The notes under the pieces: model-generated | Told to the model about the DNA's origin: nothing | Database searches by the model: none | The model's input: the letters and a program-made list of their open reading frames with translations, nothing else | In this document: positions 11,082 through 20,294 of the stretch, piece by piece | Layout: every line of letters starts with the position of its first letter | Numbering within the stretch: position 1 is the first letter of the stretch | Program-made: the position numbers and the translations under genes | Assembly (NCBI GenBank): GCA_029260435.1 | Contig: JAJDDG010000005.1 | Coordinates: 1-64,000 of the forward strand | Length of the DNA: 64,000 nucleotides | Source of the DNA: Phycisphaerales bacterium | GTDB lineage: Bacteria > Planctomycetota > Phycisphaerae > Phycisphaerales > UBA1924 | Reading direction: 5' to 3'

Positions 11082-12034
11082 AGTTTGTAACGAGCGTTTG
11101 TGTTTGTTTGCTCACGATGGCGTTGGGTGTTTCGGTGGCGGGCGCCGGTGTGGTGCTCCAGCCCGAGTGGGAGCAGGGGCAGCGTCTGCGCTTCGCGACG
11201 CTTGCCAGGACGCAAATCACCACGGACTTTGACGGGCATGCCGAGCCCACGGTGATGAACACCGTCATGCGTTCGGAACTGCTCTGGGACATCATCGAGA
11301 CGCCCGATGGCGGCGGCGCGGTGATCGATGTCTGGTGGGACTGGGTCCGTATCGAGATGGAATCGTCCTCGCTTGTCGAGCCCGTTGTGTTTGATTCGCG
11401 CGAGTCGGATCAAGCGAAGGGGCTCGTCGCGCAGACATTCGGCCCGCTCACGAAGATGATCGGGCAGCGTGTGCGGCTTGCGATCGATGACAACGCCGGG
11501 GTTGCCCTGGTCCGGGCGGTCGAGAGCAAAGAAGCGATCGAAGGCACACTCGCGTTCGACCAGCTCGCCGGCAAGGCGTTCGGAGATGAAGCGGTCCGGT
11601 ACATGGTGCGGAGCCTGCTGATGTGGACGCACCCGGGGGAGGTTGAGCCGGGTGATTCCTGGGCGGTTGTGCTCCCCAGCAGGCAGCGTGCAACATGCAC
11701 GTTCGACGAGATCAGGGAAATCGATGGCGAGAAGATGGCGATCCTGCGCGCCGCGTGGGCGCTCGAGACGGATCACAAGCCGAGCGATGTCGGGGCCAGC
11801 GGCGAGCGGGTCGAGGTGGAGCACCAGATCGAAACGTTTGTGTACGCGGTCTCGATCGATCGCGGGATGATCATGCGCGAAGAATCTTCGCTGAAGGTGG
11901 CCACCAAGATCCGGACCTCTGAGATGGAGATCGAATCCACCCAGCAGATGACCTCCGTCACCACATTCGTTGGTCAGGGATCAATCGACGACGAACATGA
12001 ACTCGATCTCGACCGGCACGCCGAGGGGGAGTGA
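11078..12034 (+). CDS. secreted hypothetical protein
   Basis: The ATGA start overlaps the tal stop. Signal peptide MKFVTSVCVCLLTMALGVSVAGA. Confidence 0.5.
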   Translation: MKFVTSVCVCLLTMALGVSVAGAGVVLQPEWEQGQRLRFATLARTQITTDFDGHAEPTVMNTVMRSELLWDIIETPDGGGAVIDVWWDWVRIEMESSSLVEPVVFDSRESDQAKGLVAQTFGPLTKMIGQRVRLAIDDNAGVALVRAVESKEAIEGTLAFDQLAGKAFGDEAVRYMVRSLLMWTHPGEVEPGDSWAVVLPSRQRATCTFDEIREIDGEKMAILRAAWALETDHKPSDVGASGERVEVEHQIETFVYAVSIDRGMIMREESSLKVATKIRTSEMEIESTQQMTSVTTFVGQGSIDDEHELDLDRHAEGE

Positions 12035-12448
12035 GGGCACGCCGACCGCGGCCCGCGCGTGTTTGCCGTCTTCGCCCAGCAGTTCCATGAGCAGATCCGA
12101 GGCACCGTTGGCGACCTTCGGGTGTTCGGTGAACTCGGGCGAGCACGCGACAAAGCACCCGAGCCGTGCGACGCGCCGCAGACGGGAGAGATCCCCGATC
12201 TCGCTCTTGAGGGCCGCGAGGGCGTTGAGCACGCACTGTCTGGCGCATAGCTGGGCGGTCTCGATGGAGACATCTTCCGGGACGCGCCCCGTGGCGATTG
12301 GCGAGCCGTCCACGATTGGTACCTGCCCGGAAATGAGGACGATGGTTCCCGAATGGATCGCGACCGCGGGGACGTAAGACGCGATCGGTCTGGTTTGTTC
12401 GGGGAGTACTAGGTTGTTCCGGGCGAGTCTTGCAAACAGGTCTGGCAT
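11981..12448 (-). CDS. ridA: RidA/YjgF/L-PSP family reactive-intermediate deaminase
   Basis: C-terminal 155 aa of ORF 11981..13522. CAT at 12446-12448 with a GGGAGG RBS. IHSGTIVLISGQVP...GVPVEIEFMF is a YjgF signature. Confidence 0.8.
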   Translation of the reverse strand: MPDLFARLARNNLVLPEQTRPIASYVPAVAIHSGTIVLISGQVPIVDGSPIATGRVPEDVSIETAQLCARQCVLNALAALKSEIGDLSRLRRVARLGCFVACSPEFTEHPKVANGASDLLMELLGEDGKHARAAVGVPSLPLGVPVEIEFMFVVD

Positions 12449-12790
12449 CGGAGCCTCCCGGCGGGTGGAACCGCTATGATTATCCCGCGTATCGTGATGT
12501 GCCATCGTATCCGGATCATTCCCGGGTGCGGGCGACAACCTGACAATTCGAAGGCGAGCCTGTCGGCGGGACGTGCCGGCGGAGTGATCTAACCGCACTT
12601 GTTCATTCGTCATACCTGCTCTTTCAGCGGGTTCTGGTGACAAGGTGAGCCGACAACACGACAACCTGCGTCGTGCCCCCCGGGAGTGTTTCCGGCGGGG
12701 CGAGTTCATCGACGGCTCGTGTGCTCTTCGGTATCCCCTCGTGGGCGAGACACATGTGTCAGAACGCAAGGAGACGAACAAGTGATTCGG

Positions 12791-13825
12791 ATGATGAAAA
12801 AGAAAAGACAGGGCTTCACGCTCATCGAACTGCTCGTGGTGATCGCGATCATCGCGCTGCTCATCGGCATCCTGCTGCCCGCCCTCGGGCGCGCCCGCAA
12901 GAACGCCAACCAGCTCAAGGACGCCACCCAGCTCCGCGGCATCATGCAGTCTATGGAGACATGGGCCTCGGACTACCGTGGTGATTACCCGAACCCGGAC
13001 CGTGTTGATCGCGCCAACTGGACCGAGGACACCCAGTCCCCCGGCACCAGCAAGAATCGCACGGGTGCGATCCTTGGGTTGATGATCACCAGCTCGTCGA
13101 TCGTTCCCGAGCAGTGCGTCAGTGGATCGGAAGTGGCCGCGATCTCCCCTCATCTCGGGTACCAGTTCGACAAGCCCGAGGCGGCAGAGATCGATAACAA
13201 CGCCTTGTGGGATCCGATTTTCAAGGGCAGCCCGGACGACCACAAGTATGCTGATTGGGTGGATTTTTCCACACAGGGCCTCGACGAAGAAATCGGGCAC
13301 AACAGCTTCGCGCACATGATCCTCGGTGGTGCCCGCAAGTCCGAGTGGAAGAGCAACCTGAGCGCCTCGACCCCGCTCTGGGCGAACCGCGGGCCGGTCT
13401 ACGAAGCGGACCCCGGTGCCGTAGTCGGTGCCCCCAAGTGGTTCCTCAAGGGCGGCAGCGCTAACGGACAGCCGGGCGAGGGTGACCCCACGGGCACCAG
13501 CTCCGCCACGCTCTTCATCCACGGCCCGGAGAACTCATGGGCTGGCAACATCGCCTACGGCGACGGGCACGCGTCGTTCAGCCGGACCCCGGATCCCGAG
13601 GCCTCCACCTACACCGAGACGAACGCCGCCGAGGGCAAGATCACGCGCCTCGACAATATCTTCCTGGACGAAGAGGACGAGGGGAACAACGCCCCCGTCC
13701 AGAGCCGTAGGAACGCGTACCTGAGGGTCCAGTCATCGGGCTTTAATACTGGTGTGACTATTACCGAAGGCGACCTGGATCCGGTTTCTTCGAACTTCAT
13801 CTGGGTCGATGGCGAAGACATCTAA
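12791..13825 (+). CDS. DUF1559 (H-X9-DG) protein with an N-terminal prepilin-type cleavage/methylation motif
   Basis: ATG 12791 after AAGGAG. KRQGFTLIELLVVIAIIALLIGILLPAL prepilin signal. HxxxxxxxxxDG region near the C-terminus. Confidence 0.8.
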   Translation: MMKKKRQGFTLIELLVVIAIIALLIGILLPALGRARKNANQLKDATQLRGIMQSMETWASDYRGDYPNPDRVDRANWTEDTQSPGTSKNRTGAILGLMITSSSIVPEQCVSGSEVAAISPHLGYQFDKPEAAEIDNNALWDPIFKGSPDDHKYADWVDFSTQGLDEEIGHNSFAHMILGGARKSEWKSNLSASTPLWANRGPVYEADPGAVVGAPKWFLKGGSANGQPGEGDPTGTSSATLFIHGPENSWAGNIAYGDGHASFSRTPDPEASTYTETNAAEGKITRLDNIFLDEEDEGNNAPVQSRRNAYLRVQSSGFNTGVTITEGDLDPVSSNFIWVDGEDI

Positions 13826-13862
13826 TACCGCATCCCAAACCTGAGAACACTCGGAGTTTTTT

Positions 13863-14918
13863 ATGAAGCACATCAGACAAAGAAGAGCATTCACGCTTGT
13901 CGAGCTGCTCGTGGTGATCTCGATCATCGCGCTGCTGGTCGGGTTGCTGCTGCCGGCACTCGGGCGTGCCAAACGAACGGCACAGCAGGTCAAGTGCGGT
14001 GCGCAGTTGCGCGGTATCCAGCAGGGTATGCTGGCGTGGTCCGCGGACTTCGACGATCGGTACCCCGTCCCCGAGCGGTTGGATAAGAGCGACTGGACCG
14101 AGCCCGACACAGCGGACAAGGACCGCACCGGCAACATCCTCTCGGTTCTTATTTTCCAGAAGGTCATCTCACCGGAGCTGTGCATCAGCCCGGGTGAAGC
14201 ATCGACTGAAATCCGGGCGCCGATCGATGGCGTGGAATACAACTACATCTTCACCGACCAGACAGCGAACGGCGTTGTCACCAACGCAACCTACGCGCTG
14301 TACGACCCGCGGTTCAAGGGCAGCGTGCTCGATCACGATGCCGGCAATGCCCATATCGATTGGGCGGATGCCGAGCTGGATCGAGAGATCGGCAACAACA
14401 GCTACGCCCATACCCCCGTCACCCCCGGGATCAACCGAACCGAGGAGATGTGGGGCTCTGCGAATGCCAACGCACGCCAGGTGATCATGGGCAACCGTGG
14501 GCCGACCTACAAGGAGCTCAACGTCACCCAGGATCCGGACGAATGGGAACTGACCGAGGACGAGTTCGGCGAACAGTCATTGACCCTGCAGATCCACGGC
14601 AGCCGCAAGAGCTGGGCTGGCAACGTGCTGTTCAATGATTCCCACGTCGAGTTCTTCACCGAGCCGAACCCGCAATCGATCCAGATCTGGTGGGCCGGTG
14701 AGCAGACCACATTCCGCGACAACCTCTTCTTCGATGAACTCACCGAGGAAGACCCCGATACGGAAGACAATGCCTACAGCTCCGGGTGGTGGCGCCGCAA
14801 TGCCTACCTCCGCATCTGGAAGCACGGCATCCCCAACGACGCTACCGGGTACGTCTCCTTCTACATCGACGAGCCCGGACCTACCTATGTATACGTCGAT
14901 GGGCAGGTCGGCAGCTGA
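13863..14918 (+). CDS. DUF1559 (H-X9-DG) prepilin-like protein, paralog of 12791..13825
   Basis: RRAFTLVELLVVISIIALLVGLLLPAL. It shares WA/WS-DY..YP..R.D...WTE and NxxFxDGH motifs with the upstream paralog. Confidence 0.8.
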   Translation: MKHIRQRRAFTLVELLVVISIIALLVGLLLPALGRAKRTAQQVKCGAQLRGIQQGMLAWSADFDDRYPVPERLDKSDWTEPDTADKDRTGNILSVLIFQKVISPELCISPGEASTEIRAPIDGVEYNYIFTDQTANGVVTNATYALYDPRFKGSVLDHDAGNAHIDWADAELDREIGNNSYAHTPVTPGINRTEEMWGSANANARQVIMGNRGPTYKELNVTQDPDEWELTEDEFGEQSLTLQIHGSRKSWAGNVLFNDSHVEFFTEPNPQSIQIWWAGEQTTFRDNLFFDELTEEDPDTEDNAYSSGWWRRNAYLRIWKHGIPNDATGYVSFYIDEPGPTYVYVDGQVGS

Positions 14919-14960
14919 TCAGACCGGGACGACTGCTCCTAATTGCTAAATAGCATCACA

Positions 14961-14996
14961 GCGGGCGTCGCACATGCGGCGTCCGCTTTTCTTTTT
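14961..14996 (+). terminator. rho-independent terminator after the DUF1559 gene pair
   Basis: 11-bp stem GCGGGCGUCGC/GCGGCGUCCGC (two G-U pairs), ACAU loop, then TTTTCTTTTT. Confidence 0.55.
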
Positions 14997-15022
14997 GCGC
15001 ATGACGACGGTACAACGCTCCG

Positions 15023-15901
15023 ATGCACGCCGCGATCAAAGACCGCGTCTCTGTCGCGCTGGGCGCACCCGTTACATCAATCCGCCCGCTTACCGGCGGG
15101 TGCGTCGGGGACGTCCGTGAAGTGCGTACGCAGAGCGGCCATCGGGGCGTTGTGAAACTCGCTTCGCATGCCTCGGGCACGCTCGCGATCGAAGGGCGGA
15201 TGCTCGCGTATCTCGCGGAGCACACCCGTCTCCCCGCGCCGCGTGTGTTCCTCACCGAGCCCGATCTGCTGGTGATGGAGTACATCGAGAACGATGGGAG
15301 CGCCGGGGGCGATGTCCAGCGCGATGCAGGCGAACACCTCGCGGCACTGCACGCGATCCGCTCCGATCCCTCGCGCGATGGGGGCACCGCTTTCGGGTTT
15401 TGTGAAGGCACCCTCATCGGCGGGCTCCCTCAGGCGAACCCGTGGTGCGGGTCGTGGGTCGAGTTCTATTGCGAGCACCGCCTGAGGAACATGGCCCGCC
15501 AGGCGCACAACGCCCACCAGATTGACGCGGGGCTGCTCCGGCGCGTCGAACACTTCGCCGATTCCCTTGACAAGTTCATCTCCGAGCCCGGAGCGCCATC
15601 GCTGATCCACGGCGATATCTGGGGAGGCAACGTGCTCACCCGCGCAGGGCGCATCGCGGCGTTCATCGACCCCGCGATCTACTTTGCGCACGCCGAGATC
15701 GAGCTGGCGTTCATCACCCTCTTCTCCACCTTTGGCCCAGACTTCTTCGAGCGGTACAACGAGCTGCGCCCGATCGCACCCGGTTTCTTCGAGCAGCGCA
15801 AAGACATCTACAATCTTTTTCCCCTGCTGGTTCATGCCCGCCTCTTCGGCTCGTCCTACGCCGCCCAGGTCGATCGAACGCTTTCCCGGTTCGGAGCGTA
15901 A
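15023..15901 (+). CDS. fructosamine/ketosamine-3-kinase family phosphotransferase
   Basis: LIHGDIWGGN catalytic motif and DPAIYFAHAEIELAF; PF03881-like over the full length. Confidence 0.8.
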   Translation: MHAAIKDRVSVALGAPVTSIRPLTGGCVGDVREVRTQSGHRGVVKLASHASGTLAIEGRMLAYLAEHTRLPAPRVFLTEPDLLVMEYIENDGSAGGDVQRDAGEHLAALHAIRSDPSRDGGTAFGFCEGTLIGGLPQANPWCGSWVEFYCEHRLRNMARQAHNAHQIDAGLLRRVEHFADSLDKFISEPGAPSLIHGDIWGGNVLTRAGRIAAFIDPAIYFAHAEIELAFITLFSTFGPDFFERYNELRPIAPGFFEQRKDIYNLFPLLVHARLFGSSYAAQVDRTLSRFGA

Positions 15902-15909
15902 GGAACCCA

Positions 15910-16392
15910 ATGACCACCGACTCCGCAGCACTCATTGACTGGCTCGCATCGCACGACGCGAAGTGCCCCGCTTGCGATCATGCTCTCCGCGGGATCCCCG
16001 ACCCGATCTGCCCGGAGTGCGGCACGCCGCTCGAACTCGGCGTCCGAGCGCCGAATATCCGCCACTCCGGGTGGGTTGCAGCGCTCATCGCCTGCGCGAT
16101 GGGCTTCGGCTTCGACGCCGTGGTCGTCACCATCGTCTCCTGGGAGATCGTGGTCAAGACGTTCATAGCCCGGGGCTCACAGATCACGACCGACGCCTTG
16201 ATGATCCTCTACACCCTCGTGCCCCTCGCCCTGCTCTGCGTCGGCGCAATCGCGTTGCTCTGGAAACGCCGCCACGCCATCCTCGTCCTCCCGCCGCGCT
16301 GGCAGATATCGTTTGGCGCCGCGGCATTCGTGCTTATCGGAGGCGTGCACGCGGGAGTGGGGGTGTGGCTGATCGCCGTACTGATTATCTGA
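15910..16392 (+). CDS. hypothetical membrane protein with an N-terminal zinc ribbon (CPAC-x13-CPECG)
   Basis: Cys motif, then 4 hydrophobic helices. Same motif family as the ORFs at 145, 48480 and 50300. Confidence 0.5.
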   Translation: MTTDSAALIDWLASHDAKCPACDHALRGIPDPICPECGTPLELGVRAPNIRHSGWVAALIACAMGFGFDAVVVTIVSWEIVVKTFIARGSQITTDALMILYTLVPLALLCVGAIALLWKRRHAILVLPPRWQISFGAAAFVLIGGVHAGVGVWLIAVLII

Positions 16393-16416
16393 ATCGATCC
16401 CCTACAATGCCCCGTC

Positions 16417-18075
16417 ATGCCAAGCCGCCCAAGCGTCTATCTCGAAACCTTCGGGTGCCAGATGAACGAGCTCGATTCCGAGCTTGTCACCGGGCAGCTT
16501 GTTGCGCTGGGGTACGCGATGGTCGCCGAGCCGAATCTCGCGCAGGTTGTGCTCTACAACACATGCTCCGTCCGCGACCTCGCAGAGCAGAAGGTCCGCT
16601 CGCGCCTCGGCGAGATGCGGATCCGCAAGCAGAACGACCCCGCCATCGTCGTCGGCGTGCTGGGTTGTATGGCAGAGCGCGACGGCGCAGCGCTCATCAA
16701 CAAGTTCCCGGCGGTCGATGTCCTGTGCGGCCCCGCGGAACTCGACAAGCTCCCCGGGCTGCTCGACAACGCCTGGCGCACACGCCAGAGCATGGTGAAT
16801 GATTTTGAAAATGGATCGAGCCGGGGAGTGGGGGGGTCGGCTAAACAGATCGCGCTGCAGGGCGATGCTAGCCGCAGATCTTCCACACTCGCCGCAGCGC
16901 AGGACACGCTCGAACTGCTCGACCTCTCGCGCTCCGTGTCGCCGAGCGATCACTCGGGCTCTGCCTATGTCCGCATCACGCGCGGGTGCAACAAGTTCTG
17001 CACCTACTGCGTCGTGCCGAATACCCGCGGCGCGGAGATGCACCGCCCGCCCGATCACATCATCGACGAGTGCAAGCGCCTCGCCGACGCGGGTGTCATC
17101 GAGATCACACTCCTCGGGCAGACCGTCAACCACTACCGCTACGAGCACGGTGCCGCGATCACCGTCGCGGGCATCGAGCAGCCCCAGAAAGGGCGCACAT
17201 ACAAGGGCGGGCACCAGCGCGACATCCTCGCGGGCGAGCGCGTCACCACCTTCGCCGACCTGCTCAAACGCATCCACGACGAGGTCCCCGCGATCCTGCG
17301 CCTCCGCTTCGTCACCAGCTACCCCCGCGACTTCGGCGACGACGTCCTCGAAGTCATCCGCGATTCCCCGCGCATCTGCCGCTACCTGCACGTCCCCGCC
17401 CAGAGCGGCTCCGATACGCAGCTCTCGCGCATGAACCGCGGGTATACGGTGAGTGAATACATGGACTTCCTCGACCGCGCCCGCGCTATCCTGCACGAAC
17501 CCGAGAAGGGGCGCCCTCTCACCATCGCGGGAGACATGATCGTCGGCTTCTGCGGCGAGACGGACGAAGATTTCCGCGCGAGCATCGACCTGCTCGAACG
17601 CGCCCGCTACAAAAACTGCTTCATCTTCAAGTACTCCCCGCGCCCGGGCACCAGCGCCTTCGACAAGATCGCCGACGACGTGCCCGAAGATGTAAAACGC
17701 AAGCGTTGCAACGACCTGCTCGCCGTGCAGCACCGCATCTCAGACGAGGTCGCGCAGGAGCAGGTCGGGCGGACCTTTGATGTCTTCGTCGAGGGCGCGA
17801 GCCGCCACGAACAGAAAAAGCGCAAGGCGAGCGCGGACGGGAACGCCGGGATCAATCTGACAGTCGGCGGCAGGGCCGTTTCTGATCCCTCTGGCGGTAT
17901 TGCCGTGATTGATCACGACGATGCGCCCACCCAGCTCAGCGGCAGGACAGACGGCGACCTGATCGTCGTCTTCGACCGACCCGAGGGGAAACCCCTGGAA
18001 TCCCTCGTCGGCGGCATCCACAAAGTCCGTATCACGAAGGCGAACGTGCTCACACTATTTGGTGAGCTGGTCTGA
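16417..18075 (+). CDS. miaB: tRNA-2-methylthio-N6-dimethylallyladenosine synthase (radical-SAM methylthiotransferase) with insertions
   Basis: VYLETFGCQMNELDSE MTTase N-domain. CNKFCTYCVVP radical-SAM cysteines. TRAM-like C-terminus. About 100 aa longer than typical MiaB. Confidence 0.85.
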   Translation: MPSRPSVYLETFGCQMNELDSELVTGQLVALGYAMVAEPNLAQVVLYNTCSVRDLAEQKVRSRLGEMRIRKQNDPAIVVGVLGCMAERDGAALINKFPAVDVLCGPAELDKLPGLLDNAWRTRQSMVNDFENGSSRGVGGSAKQIALQGDASRRSSTLAAAQDTLELLDLSRSVSPSDHSGSAYVRITRGCNKFCTYCVVPNTRGAEMHRPPDHIIDECKRLADAGVIEITLLGQTVNHYRYEHGAAITVAGIEQPQKGRTYKGGHQRDILAGERVTTFADLLKRIHDEVPAILRLRFVTSYPRDFGDDVLEVIRDSPRICRYLHVPAQSGSDTQLSRMNRGYTVSEYMDFLDRARAILHEPEKGRPLTIAGDMIVGFCGETDEDFRASIDLLERARYKNCFIFKYSPRPGTSAFDKIADDVPEDVKRKRCNDLLAVQHRISDEVAQEQVGRTFDVFVEGASRHEQKKRKASADGNAGINLTVGGRAVSDPSGGIAVIDHDDAPTQLSGRTDGDLIVVFDRPEGKPLESLVGGIHKVRITKANVLTLFGELV

Positions 18076-18150
18076 ACCCGGCGCTTCGGTTTTTGGTGCC
18101 GATGTAGTAGGATTGGCACATCGCGGGGGCGATACACAAGGAGACATCCC

Positions 18151-19089
18151 ATGATCGATCGCGTTGCAATAACCCGACTTGCCAGTCTGGTCTTGTTGTT
18201 CATGTGCGCACTGGTGATCGCCGTTCCGTCAGTTGCCGCTGAAGATGAACAACACTGGGAACGCCTCACCGAGATCCAGCCCTACGGCGATCTCGAATGG
18301 GACATGAGCATCAGGGAAGTGCTCGACAGGGTCGAGAAGCGCTGGCCGGATGCGCACCTGTTCCCCGATGCCACTCTGTTCCCCAAAGCCGAAGACCGTC
18401 AACTCGTCACTAACGATCAATCCTTGTTCGAAGTGTTCGCAGAAGCTCAGAAACAACAGCAATTCGCCGATGTCGCCGAATACGATGTCCCGGTTTCCCT
18501 AAGCTACACCCAACTCCAGATCCAGGGGGTCACCCTGCTCGGTCAACCCGCCCAGATGATTCTTAGTTTCAGGAGTACTCCAGCACTTATAGCCGCACAC
18601 CCCGATCGAATCGTCTATATCGAGACTGACTCCGGTAAGGTTGCGCTGCCGATGGTTTTCTACCAGTTCCAAATCTCTTGCTCCGGAACCACCGCCGCGG
18701 ACGCCGAGATTCTCAAGGACTCACTCGAAGCGAGCCTCACAACGAGATTCGCGCCATACCGAGATGTCACAAAATATGTAGCTCCCGAAGCGGTCGCGAT
18801 AAAGCACGGTGGGTACATCAACGGCTCCGCCAGGAGTCAAGATCCTCATCAAGCCCGCAGGTTCAATGCTCAGACCAACTGGGAAGCCTGGAGTGTCCGG
18901 GGTCTTCATACGTTCCGTGCCGGGTACACCGTCCATCAGCACGAGGACACCACGACCGGCTTTACGGCACAACTTCTCTACACACAAAGCCCAGCGAATT
19001 ATGACTATCGCGCCGCATACGCCAGATACATCGCCGATCGCCGTGCCGAGCGCAATCAGGAACTCCTCGATATTTCAGAGGACCTGTAG
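18151..19089 (+). CDS. secreted hypothetical protein
   Basis: Signal peptide LASLVLLFMCALVIAVPSVAA. No recognisable domain. Confidence 0.5.
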   Translation: MIDRVAITRLASLVLLFMCALVIAVPSVAAEDEQHWERLTEIQPYGDLEWDMSIREVLDRVEKRWPDAHLFPDATLFPKAEDRQLVTNDQSLFEVFAEAQKQQQFADVAEYDVPVSLSYTQLQIQGVTLLGQPAQMILSFRSTPALIAAHPDRIVYIETDSGKVALPMVFYQFQISCSGTTAADAEILKDSLEASLTTRFAPYRDVTKYVAPEAVAIKHGGYINGSARSQDPHQARRFNAQTNWEAWSVRGLHTFRAGYTVHQHEDTTTGFTAQLLYTQSPANYDYRAAYARYIADRRAERNQELLDISEDL

Positions 19090-19091
19090 CT

Positions 19092-20258
19092 CTACTTCGA
19101 GGCAAGCTTCTCCACCTTCTTCGCAGACAGCTTGTCGCTCTTAAACACACTCAGCTCCGTCGCCGTGCCGTCGATCTGCGCGCCCGCAGTGTTCGAATGC
19201 ATTTCTTCCCACGCCTCGCGGACAAGCGGCGGCGGGGTGCTGCCCCGGAAATCCAGCTCGAACCCCGCGTCGCGGATCAGGTGGAGCGTCTCGATCGGTG
19301 CGGCCCCCTTCGTGAGCAGGTACCCGTCCACGAACAGCGACGAGCAGGGCTCCAGCGCCAGCGCTTGCATCGAGCGCAGGTGGTGCTCGCGCCCCGCCGC
19401 GATCCGCACCTCCGAGTCCGGATTCGCTAGGCGCATCATGCACAGCACGCGCAGGCAGAACTCGGGTGTCAGCGCCTGTCCTTCACACACCGGATCCGTG
19501 ATCTTCGCGCCGGGGATCGGGATTAGTAGATTCACCGGGATCGACTCCGCCCGCACGGCGCGCAGCTCGAACGCCACATCCAGCAGATCCTCGTGCGATT
19601 CGCCCATGCCAACGATCAAGCCCGTGCATAGCGAAAGCCCGGCGCCCCGCGCCGCGTTGAGTGTGTCCACGCGGTCCTGGTAGGTGTGCGTCGTGCAGAT
19701 CTCGGTGTAATGATCGCGCGATGTGTTGAGGTTGTGGTTCAGGCGATCGAGACCGGCCTCTTTCAGTTGCTGCGCTTTCGCTTCGTCAAGGATGCCACTC
19801 GATAGACATGTCTCCAGCCCGAACCGCTCCTTCACCTCGCGGATGCACGCGCTCATATGCTCGATATCCGCGTCGCTCGGGCCCGTCCCGCTCAGCACCA
19901 TGCAGTACCGAAACGCCCCGGCGTCCTTCGCCCGCTGCGCCTCGGAGATGATCTCGTCGCGCGGCTTGAGCGTGTACGCCTGGATCGGCGCGTCCGAGGT
20001 CTTCGCCTGCCCGCAGTACCCGCAGTCTTCGGGGCACGCACCGTTCTGCACGTTATTCAAAACATGCACCTGCACCCGGTCGCCGTAGAAGTGGCGGCGC
20101 ACGAGCCCCGCCGTGTGGATGAGCGGCAGCAACGGGATCGACGCATCACCGATGATCGTGCGCGCATCATCGCGCGAGATCACCTTGTTCCCGATCCCCG
20201 CACCCGCCCAGGAAGCGAGGCGTTCGTCCAGACCACAAACAGAACTATCTTGAATCAT
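19092..20258 (-). CDS. bioB: biotin synthase with a C-terminal ~50-aa extension
   Basis: CPEDCGYC radical-SAM motif, LNHNLNTS, HTYQDRVDTL and SAGRE motifs. Collinear with E. coli BioB. Confidence 0.85.
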   Translation of the reverse strand: MIQDSSVCGLDERLASWAGAGIGNKVISRDDARTIIGDASIPLLPLIHTAGLVRRHFYGDRVQVHVLNNVQNGACPEDCGYCGQAKTSDAPIQAYTLKPRDEIISEAQRAKDAGAFRYCMVLSGTGPSDADIEHMSACIREVKERFGLETCLSSGILDEAKAQQLKEAGLDRLNHNLNTSRDHYTEICTTHTYQDRVDTLNAARGAGLSLCTGLIVGMGESHEDLLDVAFELRAVRAESIPVNLLIPIPGAKITDPVCEGQALTPEFCLRVLCMMRLANPDSEVRIAAGREHHLRSMQALALEPCSSLFVDGYLLTKGAAPIETLHLIRDAGFELDFRGSTPPPLVREAWEEMHSNTAGAQIDGTATELSVFKSDKLSAKKVEKLASK

Positions 20259-20294
20259 CCCCCGAGGATACCCGCCCCCCGTTTCGCCCGCGCC

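Noticed and set aside
12449-12790. 340-bp gap upstream of the DUF1559 pair as a possible tRNA or ncRNA locus
   Set aside because: No cloverleaf signature (GTTCGAATC T-loop, CCA-proximal acceptor complement) is visible. It is left as a long leader.
18080-18100. Weak hairpin AACCG...CGGTT plus T5 after miaB
   Set aside because: The stem is only 5 bp with low GC, which is insufficient for a confident terminator call.
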